The position numbers and the translations under genes are program-made. 64,000 bases of DNA, taken from NCBI GenBank assembly GCA_040285855.1, contig JAUFOQ010000004.1, positions 310,001 through 374,000 on the forward strand. The letters are read 5' to 3'. Below the pieces are notes generated by a model. It was not told where the DNA came from, searched no databases, and worked only from the letters and a program-made list of their open reading frames with translations. Positions within the stretch are counted from its first letter, which is position 1. Every line of letters begins with the position of its first letter. The DNA comes from Eukaryota sp. GEM-RC1. Taxonomy: Eukaryota. Shown here in pieces: positions 1 through 10,629 of this stretch.

Positions 1-263
1 TTCAACCACGCCCTCTTCTTCATGAAACTAAGGCTGTTCCGATCGAATTCTGGCGAAACCATTTAAGATAAAGAACCATGTAATGGGCAATTTAAAGTCA
101 ACTCAATAGTAGCGATCCGGCACCCATCTTCTACTGACCTTGTTGGAGATGTTGTTCAAAATCGAGACTCAATTTCGTATAATTGACCATTTTGTATTAT
201 TGATATATATGAATTAGTCTGGACCAGACTAATTTAAATCCCGACTAACTAAACCGTTTACTG
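1..263. mobile_element. Possible right end of a Tc1/mariner(pogo)-like DNA transposon
   Basis: Ends ...TTTACTG|TA (reverse complement CAGTAAA..., TA at 264-265), with a palindrome AATTAGTCTGG-A-CCAGACTAATT at 212-234. The partner end is not in the window. Confidence 0.3.
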
Positions 264-380
264 TAGATTATTGTCGTGATGTTCATCCTACTTGAAGCAA
301 GCTCAAACTCACGAAGAGTGAGTGAACCAAACACTACTACCGAATACATTACATTGTAATAGTAGAAATTGAGTTTCCAA

Positions 381-3060
381 TCAATAAAGTTTATTGTCGT
401 CCACGAACATTTTTACAAATTTTAATTTTCTATTAGAAAAGAGTTGGGATACAACTCCCAATAATTCATCTGACGAACTCTTCATCTTAATTTTGGCAAC
501 CACTTCATCACCTCCACCAACTTCACACCTAATCAGTATCCGACTGTCATCAATCAAATCAAAATCCCATCCAGCTCTAATCACGTTTCCACTTTCCGAT
601 TTAAAACCCGGATCACATCCAAAGAGTCCACTCAGCGCATCAAGTCCAGCAGCAGCATTTGAATGGGGAAGTTTCAATGCTTCAGTTAGAGTTTCACGGC
701 ACTCGGGATCTGTCCAAGAGACTGAAGGATCAACAAAGGAAGGAATGGCAAAATCAGAGATTTCAAATGAAACAAAGTCTAATTCGGCTTCTTCTTCCAT
801 TATAGGCTCTTGGTACGACGATGGATCTTCTTCATCCGCATCAGCTAAACCGTAGTGTAGCATAGCTGAGAAACGAAGAGAGAGAACGTGTGGAAGGGAG
901 GAGGTGTTGGCGGTGAATAGAGAGTAAGTTGAAACATCTGATTCACATGGAATGACGTCAGCAGAGGTGCTGATGATTTGATGGACTGTGAAATCATCAG
1001 TTTCAGGGGTAAAGATCACTTTAGGGGAAACAAAAACCTGTCCGCTTAAAATATGTGTGATTTTTGGAAATAAACAAAATATTTGAAAAATCTTGTGAGC
1101 AAAACTTGTCCACCGTCACCGTATACTCCATTCCGTCCTCACTAATTAAGCACGAACCCACTGCAATCATTTCTGATTGAATCAAATCCGTCACATCAGC
1201 AGGCAACAAACTCTTGTCCAAAACAGGAGCTTTACCTACCTGTTTCCTGAGCACGGGTCTTCCTTTAGGAGAAGGTGATGACACAGCTGAGACAGAAGAC
1301 AGAGCTTCATTCAACAATTCTTGTAGTGAAGATGAAGGTGTTTCACCTTGATTAACGAGTTCTCTACGACTTTTAAGTAATAAAGTTAGTTTGGACAGAG
1401 AAACGTGTTGGCCATTGATTTCAATGTTGTCGTCATCAATAAGTCTATTCTCAACTAAAAAGTCTTTTCCTTTCTGTTGTTCAATGTTTTGAGTGATAAA
1501 TATGGCCAATTCTCTAACTTCGTCTTCAGAATCAACTAAAGCCATTTTAAAAACTTTCAAAATTTCAGCATACAACACTCCAGACTGATCCTCTATTTCG
1601 ATAAACAATCTTCCAAGTGATCTAAGGGCTGCACATCTAACAACAGTGTTCTCCAATAGAATCCTGTTGATTAAAGACCTAACATATTTAAGAGAAGTGT
1701 CTTTGTTGACGTCAGCAACATCACAAAGGAGTTCAATAGAATCAACAGCAATCGAGGTATACTCACAATCCTCAATCAACTCACTCAGAAAATCAGCCAC
1801 TGCCAAATCACATCGATGAGTTTCCGCCACACTCTTCACCACATCAAATAAACAAGATTTCAATTTCTGCGTGCCTTCTTCTCTCAGCAAAGATCCCACA
1901 AAAGACAATACAGGCTCTGCCAGGTCAGCATTGCGTAGTGGCATCTTCTTAATAGCCTCTAATACCTTAATTCTAAGGGAATCAGATCCAAGAGATCTAA
2001 GGAAACGTGATAGCTTACGAAGTTCAGTGGTTGCTTCAGCTGCAGTCAGATTTGATTGAAACTTGATTGATAGAGTGAGTGCAGTCAATGTTTTCCCTTC
2101 CAATCCTTCAAGTGAGAGAGAGGAAAATATAGTTCCGAGGTCGTATCCCTTACTACTTAATAGTTCAATGGTACGGACAGCAGCTAGCTTTTGAACAGGG
2201 AGAGACATGGAGGAAGTTAAGGAGTATTTGAGGGAGGATTGAACTTCCATGAGAATAGAAGGAGGGCAGTCAGAGAGAGAAACAAGTTCCCTGCAAGCAC
2301 CAATGGAGACAGAGTGACTTGTAGACTTGGTCTCGTCAGTAAGGAAGGAGAGGAAGGAAGGAGGACGTTGTGGTTGAGGCATACGGCGGAGGACAGAACC
2401 AATGAGAGCAGTTAGAAGGAGGGCAGGGATGGTAGCCAGCTTGGATCGGACTTCAACAATGGAAGATAGAGACTGAACATGGGACTTGAGATCGTGTTCA
2501 GTAGCTTTACTAATGAAAGAAATACACTGAAGTTGAACTGAGGCGTCTACTGACTTCTTTAACACTGAAAAGGACTCCTTTGTCCATCTAGAGACAGTAT
2601 CGAAGGAAAAGGGGAGCATCGATTGAGCACAGAGGAAGGCAGAGGCTTGAATCGAGGGGTGGGGATCGGATAGGGATTCTCGGGTTTGACGGGAGACATT
2701 GGGGGCAAGAGAAGGGTCCATGATGCGAGCTAGTACACGGAAAGCTGTTGATTTCAGTTCGGCAACTGGGGAATTGAGATCTTTAAGTAGACAAGAAGTG
2801 ATGATGAAGGCCGATTCTGTTCCAGGGGCCAGGAGAGAGATCAACAAAGATAATAGTCTGCGAACATGGTGATCGCGCATTGTAAAGAGCTTTGTTGCAG
2901 CGAAAAAGACTTCTTGTAGTTCGTTTTGAGTGAGTTGTTCCCCAGCGCAGATCGATTGGATCAATTTGGTAAGAAGACCTGTAACTTGCTTGGTTGAAGG
3001 GTTTGCCTCATGAAAGGCTCTACATTCTTGTAGTAATGATGTCTTATTAGGGAGTTGCAT
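381..3060 (-). CDS. COPG: Coatomer subunit gamma (split by a 1-nt homopolymer indel near 1061-1065)
   Basis: LQECRAFHE, EVFFAATKLF, FLSELIEDCEY, NRILLENTVVRCAAL, DEVRE and C-terminal appendage EYTVTVDK motifs. Removing one base in the run at 1061-1065 gives ...SKITHILSGQVFVSPKVIFTP, joining ORFs 1021-3060 and 381-1019. Confidence 0.93.
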
Positions 3061-3107
3061 TTACCTCCAACAACACAAGAGAGATGGGGAAAATTTTGGT
3101 TTTGTTT

Positions 3108-3168
3108 GTTTCATCTCCTTCACAAAAATGTCGGTTTCATCTCCTTCACAAAAATGTCGGTTTCATCT
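3108..3168 (+). repeat. 26-bp tandem repeat (2.3 copies) containing ATGTCGGTTTCA
   Basis: GTTTCATCTCCTTCACAAAAATGTCG at 3108-3133 and 3134-3159, then GTTTCATCT. Confidence 0.95.
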
Positions 3169-4023
3169 TTTCACCAGAAGCTCGGGCAACATTGCTTTCC
3201 ATAACTTGGATTCTTTACTTGGATCTGGAACTCAATGCTATACTGAAGTTCTTCTTGTTTAGAGGTATCAATCTGGCTATGGTTTCAGTTTATTCTCATC
3301 GACTTAGACAAAGTGTTGTATTCTTGATTATGCTATAGCTTAAGGAATCTGTATAAACCAAATTATTTAACACGTTTCTTCAACGTCGCCTGATGGACAG
3401 TCTTGAACACAGTTGCAGAGTTAATAATATACATGCTACATTGAATGTGATTATACCTAACAAAATCAGCAGTACAAACAACAGCACAGGTATTAGGATC
3501 GTTATACGAATGAACACATCATGATGTATCACAGAATTCCATATTCAGTGCTTTAAAGATCAACATATACAAGTTTATAGACACAAAACGCAAGACATAT
3601 TGGGGGTGAAACTTCATGTTAGCTTTGATGTGATGAATTAAGGCACAGAAGTTACACATGAAAGGAATTCTCTGGAAAAAGCAGATTGAGAGAGGAAGGG
3701 AAAGCAATGCTACGAGCAGACAACAAAGGGTAGGATTGTGAGGGCAAATGAAGAGATCTATCATATGAAACAATCTCTATCCTTAATAGGTACAAGAGCA
3801 ATGACAGAACGCAACTGAAGGTCATGACACGATGAGGATGTTAGAGCTAAAACACACCTTCAAGAAAGAAAGTCAATCAAAGCGTGTTAGGACTAGCAAG
3901 ACGCTGATACCTGAGAAAGCTGCATCAGTAGTAGTAAAAAGTGAAAAGAAAACTGTTGGCAAAATCAAAATCCCTTATGAAACGGAATCCTGTTGAGAGG
4001 AAAGTGATGAACAATCAATAACA

Positions 4024-7000
4024 ATGTCGACAGTGACTTATTTCCGTCTCATGACTCCATCAGGTTTGTTGATGTCTCACACAGTAAGAGGTTCCAATCC
4101 TCCTCGGCTGGATGTTTCGTATCCAGTTGAGACTGAAAGTTCCGTCCTTTCAGTTATGTGTTCAGGAGGTTCCGACCCTCCTCACACAGTAAGAGGTTCC
4201 AATCCTCCTCGAGTTTTTTCAGCTGAGACTGAAGGTTTCATTCCTTCAGAAGTGGATTTGGGTGGGGACTACGGCCCTAACCCAGGATTAACAACTCAGG
4301 GCAGTTGCAGAGAAGAGGCTTACAGCTTGATATCTGCAACTCCTGATGAGTTAATACCGCAGTGGTCCGTGTCTTGTGGTAACACTCGACAAAAGCAATC
4401 CACTTTTGAAAATTCTCTAAATGTTAATCAATATGCAAAATCAAATTCTCTTTCAGACAGGAAGCGTCTAGCTTCTGAATTACAATTTGCAGAATGCCCA
4501 TTTTCTAAAACGTCGGATTATATGTCTTCTTCAGATTCTGATGAAGAACACTCGAGATCTGAAATTCCAAAAACCTATTTTCAAAATGAATATAGGGGTG
4601 GAAACACTCTTGACAAAGTACGTTCTCGTGGTATCAACATTGACGAAAAAATAAAAGCAACACCTTTAGTGGATTTATCTTTAAGAGTCAACTCAACTGC
4701 AAAAATGCCTACCCTTTTAGTAGTTGATATTGAGACTCTCAATGATATTGATGAAGGAAGTTTTGTGGTTCCGATCGTCATGATTGGTTTCTCGTTTTGT
4801 TACTTTAAAAATGAAAAGATTTTTAATGTAGATAATTATTTGTTTTGTGTTGGAGATATTTCTGCATTAGAGTCTGAAACTGCTAATATTTTTTCATTTA
4901 ATTCTGAGTCCCTTTTGATTTCGAATTTTCTCAATTTTTTTAATTCAATTTCACCAGACTTTGTTTCCAGGATTTTATTCTGATTGCTTTGATCTTCCAT
5001 ATATTCTTAAAAGAGCTGCAATTTTAGAAATTGATACCACCTTCACTCATGAAGATATGACAGAAAATACGATTTCATTTCCTTTTCTTTCAGCCTCTTG
5101 GAACTCTACCATCTCTCATAAATTTGGTAATTCCACTTCCTTAGACTGCTGTTCTTTTGCCAGGAAAAATTTAACTTCAAAATTTGGCAACAGTCTAAAC
5201 AGTGTTTCTTTAAGTATTCTAGCTGAAGGAAAATCTAAACTCAGCAGATCCACTTCTACTCTGATGGAAACAGCTGAAGGAAGAGGTGAGTTAGCCAACT
5301 ATTGTCTGAAAGATGTGATTCTTACTTTAAAACTATTTTCAGTTTTTCAAAGACCAAATCCTTCTTTGCCTTTCTTTAAAACAAAAAAATTGGGTTTAAG
5401 CAAATTATTACATTTTGGCGAAGTTTCAGAAATTATTCGTCATTATGTAATAATACATGACCAATTGATGTCACATGGTTGTCAATTTCTGAAAGGGTTT
5501 ACTGTTAATCAGTATAAGCAATCCCAAGACAACCGTGAGCTGTATCAGTGGTTGTCACGATCCATGAGCCCTTTTACTCTTGAGGCAATGGACACAGAAA
5601 AAATTAAATTTACTAAAAAAAGTGTTCAGAAAAAGATGAATTCTCTAAAGTACTAACAGAAATTCTGCCTGTCATGGAAGAACTGCTTGCCATGGAAAAA
5701 TCAAAAAAGAAATGGTTGAAGACTCAAAGAAAGAGCACAGAGAGGCTGTTCTATTATCACAAATTGGTAGAAATCAAATTGATTATCCTAAACTTTTGAC
5801 CAATATTTTGTCTGTTTTAGAGGAGGAGACAGCAGAGTTAAATTCTGAAGTTATTTCTATGCAAGGTAGATTTAGTTGTATTCCTCCTACTGCCTCGTAC
5901 TCGAAGGAAAAAGTTAATGAGTATTTTCAAGAATACTATCGTTCTACAATGGCAGCCACTGATGACTCTGGAACTCCAGGAAATCTTTACTTGCCAGCTA
6001 TGGGTAGAATTTCGAGGTACAGTGTTGATGAATACATTAGTAATTTTGAAGTCAATATTAAAGAACACTGGGTGAAGTACGTGATCAAATTCATTTATTG
6101 CTACTTCCACCGATACAGTGTAACTAAAAAACTCAAACTCAAAATTAAAAAGAATATCGAAAAATTAAGAAACACAAAAAAAATTGAGATATTTCATTGT
6201 TTTCTCAAAGAGGTGACTAATGCAAAGTGTCACAGCAAGTACCCTAAATACGACCTCTTAAACGTATTTACTCTTCTATTTGAAAAATTCAAAGAACATT
6301 CGGAAATTATTCGTGAATTGCAATTTGAACTACTCCCCAAACTGTTGATGCTCTATGAAAACATACATCTATTTATTCCTGAAACACACGGATTAAAGAG
6401 TGCATCGTATCTGTGCAAGAAATATCCACAAAATTATCTATTTTATTCAATGTCTCTAATGCACGGGGTGGAATTGCTGACGTCAGAAGTCACTCAAATG
6501 TCATCTCACGACTTTGATGCAGCAGATGGAAAACCAGAAGATATGAAGTGCTTTAAACCTTCCATTTACAAAGTCTTCCCCCTGAAAACCTCTGAAACTC
6601 CTGGTCATATCTTTATTGACACAGGTGCTCTCTATCGGATTCTTATTCCCAATGACGATAGATTTCCTTCGAATAGTGAAGCAACACTACATGGAAATCT
6701 CGAAAAGTACCAACATCAGTACTGGAGTTGGATCTTTAGAACCTCAAAGAAAGCTTTCCGTCAACAGGGCTATTCATTTAACCATTCAATTCGCACCAAT
6801 GGAATTAGCGTTTCTCTAAGTTTAATAAGAAACGATTTAATTGGAAGAAAGCGTCTGCCCAGTAGAAATCTGGTAGACAACGACCTGTATATCACAGATG
6901 TACCAGTAGAATTACTGAAGGGTTCCTCTATCGTCTGTGGAGACCCCAAGAGATCAGTTGATGATGGGAGCAAGACGAAATTACGGTCCGCCAAAAAATC

Positions 7001-7934
7001 AAAATTCAAAACCCAAAGAACCCTCTTATACTAAGCTAGAATGGGAGGAGTGGCGAAATGACAATGGAAAGAGTGGTAACAGTGGCTACCATAAACGTCT
7101 GAACAATGAAAGACGACGTAAAGCCAAAGGTAGAGCCGCAAGTTACCGCACAACCAACTTGGAACCCCCAAAAGATCCTCCACCTGAGAAACCAGGAATA
7201 AAGAAGGAGCTCAAGAAGTTCCATTTTAAAAGATTAACTGCTCCTCAAAGAAAAAGAGAGACCCTTGGCAAAGATCAGCAGAAGTTCACCAGAGAGAGTA
7301 AGAAATCATGGATCATTGGAAAAACAACTAATGAAGAGTGGGAAAAACAACTAAGTAAACACTCTAGTAAAGTCCTTGATCATGATGATTTCTTGGCATA
7401 TTGTAAAGCTAAGAATGACTTCTCTCTGAACATGGGATCGTACTATCAATCAGACGATCTAAGGATAATGAAGCTCAAGAGGTATATGGCCAACGAACGT
7501 TTTGAATCAAGATGGATTGATGAGTTCAAAGAGAAGTTTGGAGGTCCAGAAAATACAGTGATAGTGATGGGAGATTGGAAGCAGACTATGTTCAAGAATC
7601 AAGCACCAACAAAGAATGTTGGTCACAGGGCAATGTTCAAAAACATCACTATCGGGTACTGCTGATCGATGAATATAGAACAAGCGCTCGATGCCATAAA
7701 TGTGTGCTTGAAAATCAACACGGTATGAATGAAAAGAAACATCGTGTTCAAAATCCCAGACCTTACAGAAGAGCAAAAACACCAACGGTTTTAAGACATG
7801 GATTACTCACTTGCAAAAAGTGTGGATGTCTTTGGAACCGTAACGTTAACGCTGTGTTAAACATGATTCATATTGTAGATGAACATGTTAGAGGAAATGG
7901 TAGACCAGAAGTTTTGAAAAGAACTTCTCCATAA
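4024..7934 (+). CDS. PolB-type 3'-5' exonuclease - Fanzor1 fusion (5 small frameshifts; start may be Met 4522)
   Basis: Exonuclease: ExoI LVVDIET (~4726), ExoII GFYSDCFDLPYILKRA (~4970), ExoIII LANYCLKD (~5300). Fanzor1: FKTKKLGLSKLL..HGCQFLK, NFEVNIKEHWVKY, PQNYL, VFPLKTS..HIFIDT, FNHSIRTNGISVS, RuvC-I IVCGDP, GDW, RuvC-II IDEYRTS, CHKC/CKKC zinc finger, RuvC-III WNRNVNA. Confidence 0.85.
4058..4381 (+). other. Cluster of about 10 hairpins (structured RNA or ssDNA) at the 5' side of the Fanzor gene
   Basis: Seven short stems with 7-nt loops at 4058-4074, 4088-4102, 4108-4126, 4133-4153, 4164-4182, 4193-4207, 4229-4249; a cUACGg hairpin at ~4259-4284; a long stem 4287-4355; a stem 4355-4381. 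Confidence 0.6.
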
Positions 7935-7997
7935 TTCTCTCTCCCTCCAGTGATCTAACCGGGTCACTATTATTAGACATTTTTAAGCTATTAGCTG
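7880..7997 (+). ncRNA. Candidate Fanzor omegaRNA 3' region (extent approximate)
   Basis: Hairpin AGTGATCT-AACC-GGGTCACT (7949-7968, two G-U pairs) just after the Fanzor stop codon, where Fanzor/TnpB omegaRNAs are known to lie. Confidence 0.45.
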
Positions 7998-8565
7998 ATG
8001 TCGGTTTCAATCAATGCATATGGAGTTCTTTTCTGTGAGCTTGTCCGCACTGTTCAAAGTTCAGTGAGCCGTGCAGATGATTTAATGGATCGTCTTGAAG
8101 CCATTGGGTTTCCTATAGGCAGTAAACTTATCGAATCTGTCGTTCACAAACATCTTAAAGATAAACGTCCTCTTCTCCACAGTCAAGCACTACAAGCAGT
8201 TCTTAAAGCTTGGAAGGTCTACTTCGGCCACTCAATCGTTCTCATGCATTCTATGATTAAAGGCGAACGCAAACCTTTTGAGTGTATGCACTCTTCATCT
8301 TTCTCTCATTTCAGTTGTCATTAAGGATCCCCTACCCCTTGTCTCTACTTATTACTCAACTCCTCCTGAACTTCGTGACTCATCCGGCTCAGACCTTCTC
8401 CGAGTCACTTCTTTCATGGGAGGGATCATCAAGGGAATGCTTACAACTCTAGGATTTCCCTGCACAATTAGAACTGGTCATAAGCCCACCACTGAGCACC
8501 CTCAGCAAACATTATACCAAGTTACCTTTGAAAATAGTGTAAAGGATCGAGAAGAAAGCTTGTAG
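7998..8565 (+). CDS. TRAPPC5: TRAPP complex subunit 5 (Trs31), one 31-nt intron 8284-8314
   Basis: VSINAYGVLFCELV, RLEAIGFPIG, WKVYFG, FMGGIIKGML..LGFPC. Splicing GTATGC...TTTCAG gives PFEFVIKDPLPLVSTYYSTP. Confidence 0.9.
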
Positions 8566-8566
8566 T

Positions 8567-10207
8567 TTATTGATTGTACAATACTCGGAACAACGTGCTT
8601 TCTTTTACTTTGTCTGTTATCCAGGAGGGTTTTTTACCTGATATTGGTTCTTGTTGATTAATTTCAACCATTAAATGTTGCCAAATTGTCGTGTTATGAC
8701 CGTAGTCCACTTTGAGAAGACTTTTTAATTTCTGTAAATAATGGCTGGTATTCTGATTACTTTTTAAATTATTAATTATTACCGTCACTAGAGCCAACAC
8801 CATTTCCCAGTAATCTGTACTATGAACGTCTTCAACAATATAATTTTCCACCATTTCAATTATCTGCTTTTCATCAAAATCAAAAGTTATTCTAGATAAA
8901 ACAGTTGAATAGTTTGTAAAAGTCCTTAAAAGATTAGGAGATAAATGAGTCTTCTGTGACCAGCTCAGAAGTTTTATTGCAAGAGTCATACAAGTCGACG
9001 ACTCAGCTGTATTTGACTTAAATGAAACAAGAAGTAGAGACCATAGTTTTGAAAAGAACATGCACGAGAATGACGGGAAAAGCGTATAGAGATTGAATTC
9101 CTCACATAAAGAATAGATTTGAGATAGGTGATTCCAATTGTCTTCTGTTAAATGAGTCATACTTAGAAGTGACTTCCAAAATTTTAAAATATAAAAACTT
9201 TTAACTTCGAAAAGTACCTCTGAGTTAAATACACTGGCATGAGGTTTACTTAGCCACGGTACATTAGGCTCAATGTCAGTAGAAACAAAGGCAAGGTCAT
9301 GGTTGCAATGAAATTTAAATAGAATATTGTAAATGTCGAGAATTTGAAGAAATTTGAAAAATGTCAGATCAGTTATGATATTATTAAATTTGATTAAAAA
9401 TCCGGAATTCTTTGTCTTATATTCAGATACTTTTCCAATTATCGATTTAAATGAATGAAATTCCTGATCACACAACAGGTTTCCTCTAGTTAACTTTAAA
9501 TCAATTGACCAAATATAACAATGTAGATACTGAGCAAAATCCATATTAACTGTCACAAAGGGAGACATTGACAACCACTGAGACGAGTCAGCAAACAGTT
9601 CAATTGAAGACAACAAGAACTTCTGACCAACCACAAGGATAGAAGGAGGTATTGAAGAAGAAGAATCAAATCGGGAGAGGAAAAGTGCCCATAGTTTCGT
9701 TTTAAGAGCATCAAAAGCAGTGATGTGTATGGGAAGGAAGAGTTTGTAAACCTTGGATGTTGTAATGTCAGCGACCAAATCCAAAGTTAACAACAACACG
9801 TGTAGGTGGACATTTGGGTCTGTCAGGGGATCCATTAAGATCTTAGTAAGAAAGTCAAGAGGAAGAGGAGGATATGATGATGTTGGATTAGAGAAGAAAC
9901 GGGATTTGTAAGCTTTGGAAAGCAGATTGACAACGACATAGGTATGCACTGAATGATTGTGTTCTTGTAGAAGGAGAAATGCATATTCAAGGTCTTCTAT
10001 GGCTTGAGAAACAGGTCCATAAAAGAGAAAGATGTGACCTAATCTAACTCTGGTTGTTAGTTCAAATTCTGAAGGAAGTTTGTGTAAAGAAAGCGCAGCA
10101 TGTAAACATTTGGCTGCATCAGGAAGATTAAATTGTTCTAAGTAGTGTTCAGCTTTATTCCACAAATAGTGTAGAGGTTCAGAGACTGATACATGTAGCT
10201 GGTCCAT
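8567..10207 (-). CDS. MAU2/Scc4-like cohesin loader subunit (divergent helical protein)
   Basis: 546-aa ORF. N-terminal AAKCLHAAL...ELTTRVRLGHIFL...AIEDLEYA resembles the MAU2/Scc4 N-terminus. Confidence 0.55.
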   Translation of the reverse strand: MDQLHVSVSEPLHYLWNKAEHYLEQFNLPDAAKCLHAALSLHKLPSEFELTTRVRLGHIFLFYGPVSQAIEDLEYAFLLLQEHNHSVHTYVVVNLLSKAYKSRFFSNPTSSYPPLPLDFLTKILMDPLTDPNVHLHVLLLTLDLVADITTSKVYKLFLPIHITAFDALKTKLWALFLSRFDSSSSIPPSILVVGQKFLLSSIELFADSSQWLSMSPFVTVNMDFAQYLHCYIWSIDLKLTRGNLLCDQEFHSFKSIIGKVSEYKTKNSGFLIKFNNIITDLTFFKFLQILDIYNILFKFHCNHDLAFVSTDIEPNVPWLSKPHASVFNSEVLFEVKSFYILKFWKSLLSMTHLTEDNWNHLSQIYSLCEEFNLYTLFPSFSCMFFSKLWSLLLVSFKSNTAESSTCMTLAIKLLSWSQKTHLSPNLLRTFTNYSTVLSRITFDFDEKQIIEMVENYIVEDVHSTDYWEMVLALVTVIINNLKSNQNTSHYLQKLKSLLKVDYGHNTTIWQHLMVEINQQEPISGKKPSWITDKVKESTLFRVLYNQ

Positions 10208-10284
10208 GAGGAATTAAGAACACAAGTGTTTTGAGATGTGATGATCTAAATATTTACAGATTTTGAAGAAGATATCTTGAGATA

Positions 10285-10533
10285 ATGGAACAACTCTTTG
10301 ATCAAAAGGCTGAAGAAGTACAAGGTCTTCCATCATGTTCTAACGAAAACAAACTCAAGTTGTACGGGTTATACAAACAGGCTACTGTGGGTGACAATGA
10401 CACTTCCAAACCTTCCCGTCTTAATGTTACTGCTTCAAAGAAGTGGAATGCTTGGAATCAATGTAAAGGAAAAGGTAAACAGGAGGCTATGCAGGAATAC
10501 ATCGATCTTGTTGATCAACTAATGAAACAATAA
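10285..10533 (+). CDS. ACBP: Acyl-CoA-binding protein
   Basis: LKLYGLYKQATVGD, KWNAWN..KG...EAMQEYI. Confidence 0.96.
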   Translation: MEQLFDQKAEEVQGLPSCSNENKLKLYGLYKQATVGDNDTSKPSRLNVTASKKWNAWNQCKGKGKQEAMQEYIDLVDQLMKQ

Positions 10534-10629
10534 GTTCCTTTTATATGAGAATCATGACATTGAAGACTAAAAGAATGATGCAATAAATATCTGGATGTAT
10601 CAATAAAACCGCTAAACACTAGAATTTGA

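Larger units (their letters stand above)
3166..7997 (+). mobile_element. Fanzor1-carrying insertion (boundaries inferred)
   Basis: Lies between divergent host genes whose spacers elsewhere are only ~60-110 bp. Flanked by direct repeat ATGTCGGTTTCA (3154-3165 and 7998-8009). No TIRs or transposase seen. Confidence 0.6.

Noticed and set aside
394..855. Ser-rich antisense ORFs (also 55264-55587, 59110-59550 and similar)
   Set aside because: Shadow frames opposite well-supported genes.
4088..4207. tRNA genes suggested by T-arm-like GAGGTTCCAATCCTC
   Set aside because: No acceptor, D or anticodon arms could be built.
4342..4352. CTGATGAG as a hammerhead ribozyme core
   Set aside because: No suitably placed stem II + GAAA; the motif pairs within the 4287-4355 hairpin.
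4024..5656. Complete PolB of a Polinton or virus
   Set aside because: Only the exonuclease domain is present; no palm motifs (SLYPS, YGDTDS), capsid, ATPase or integrase.
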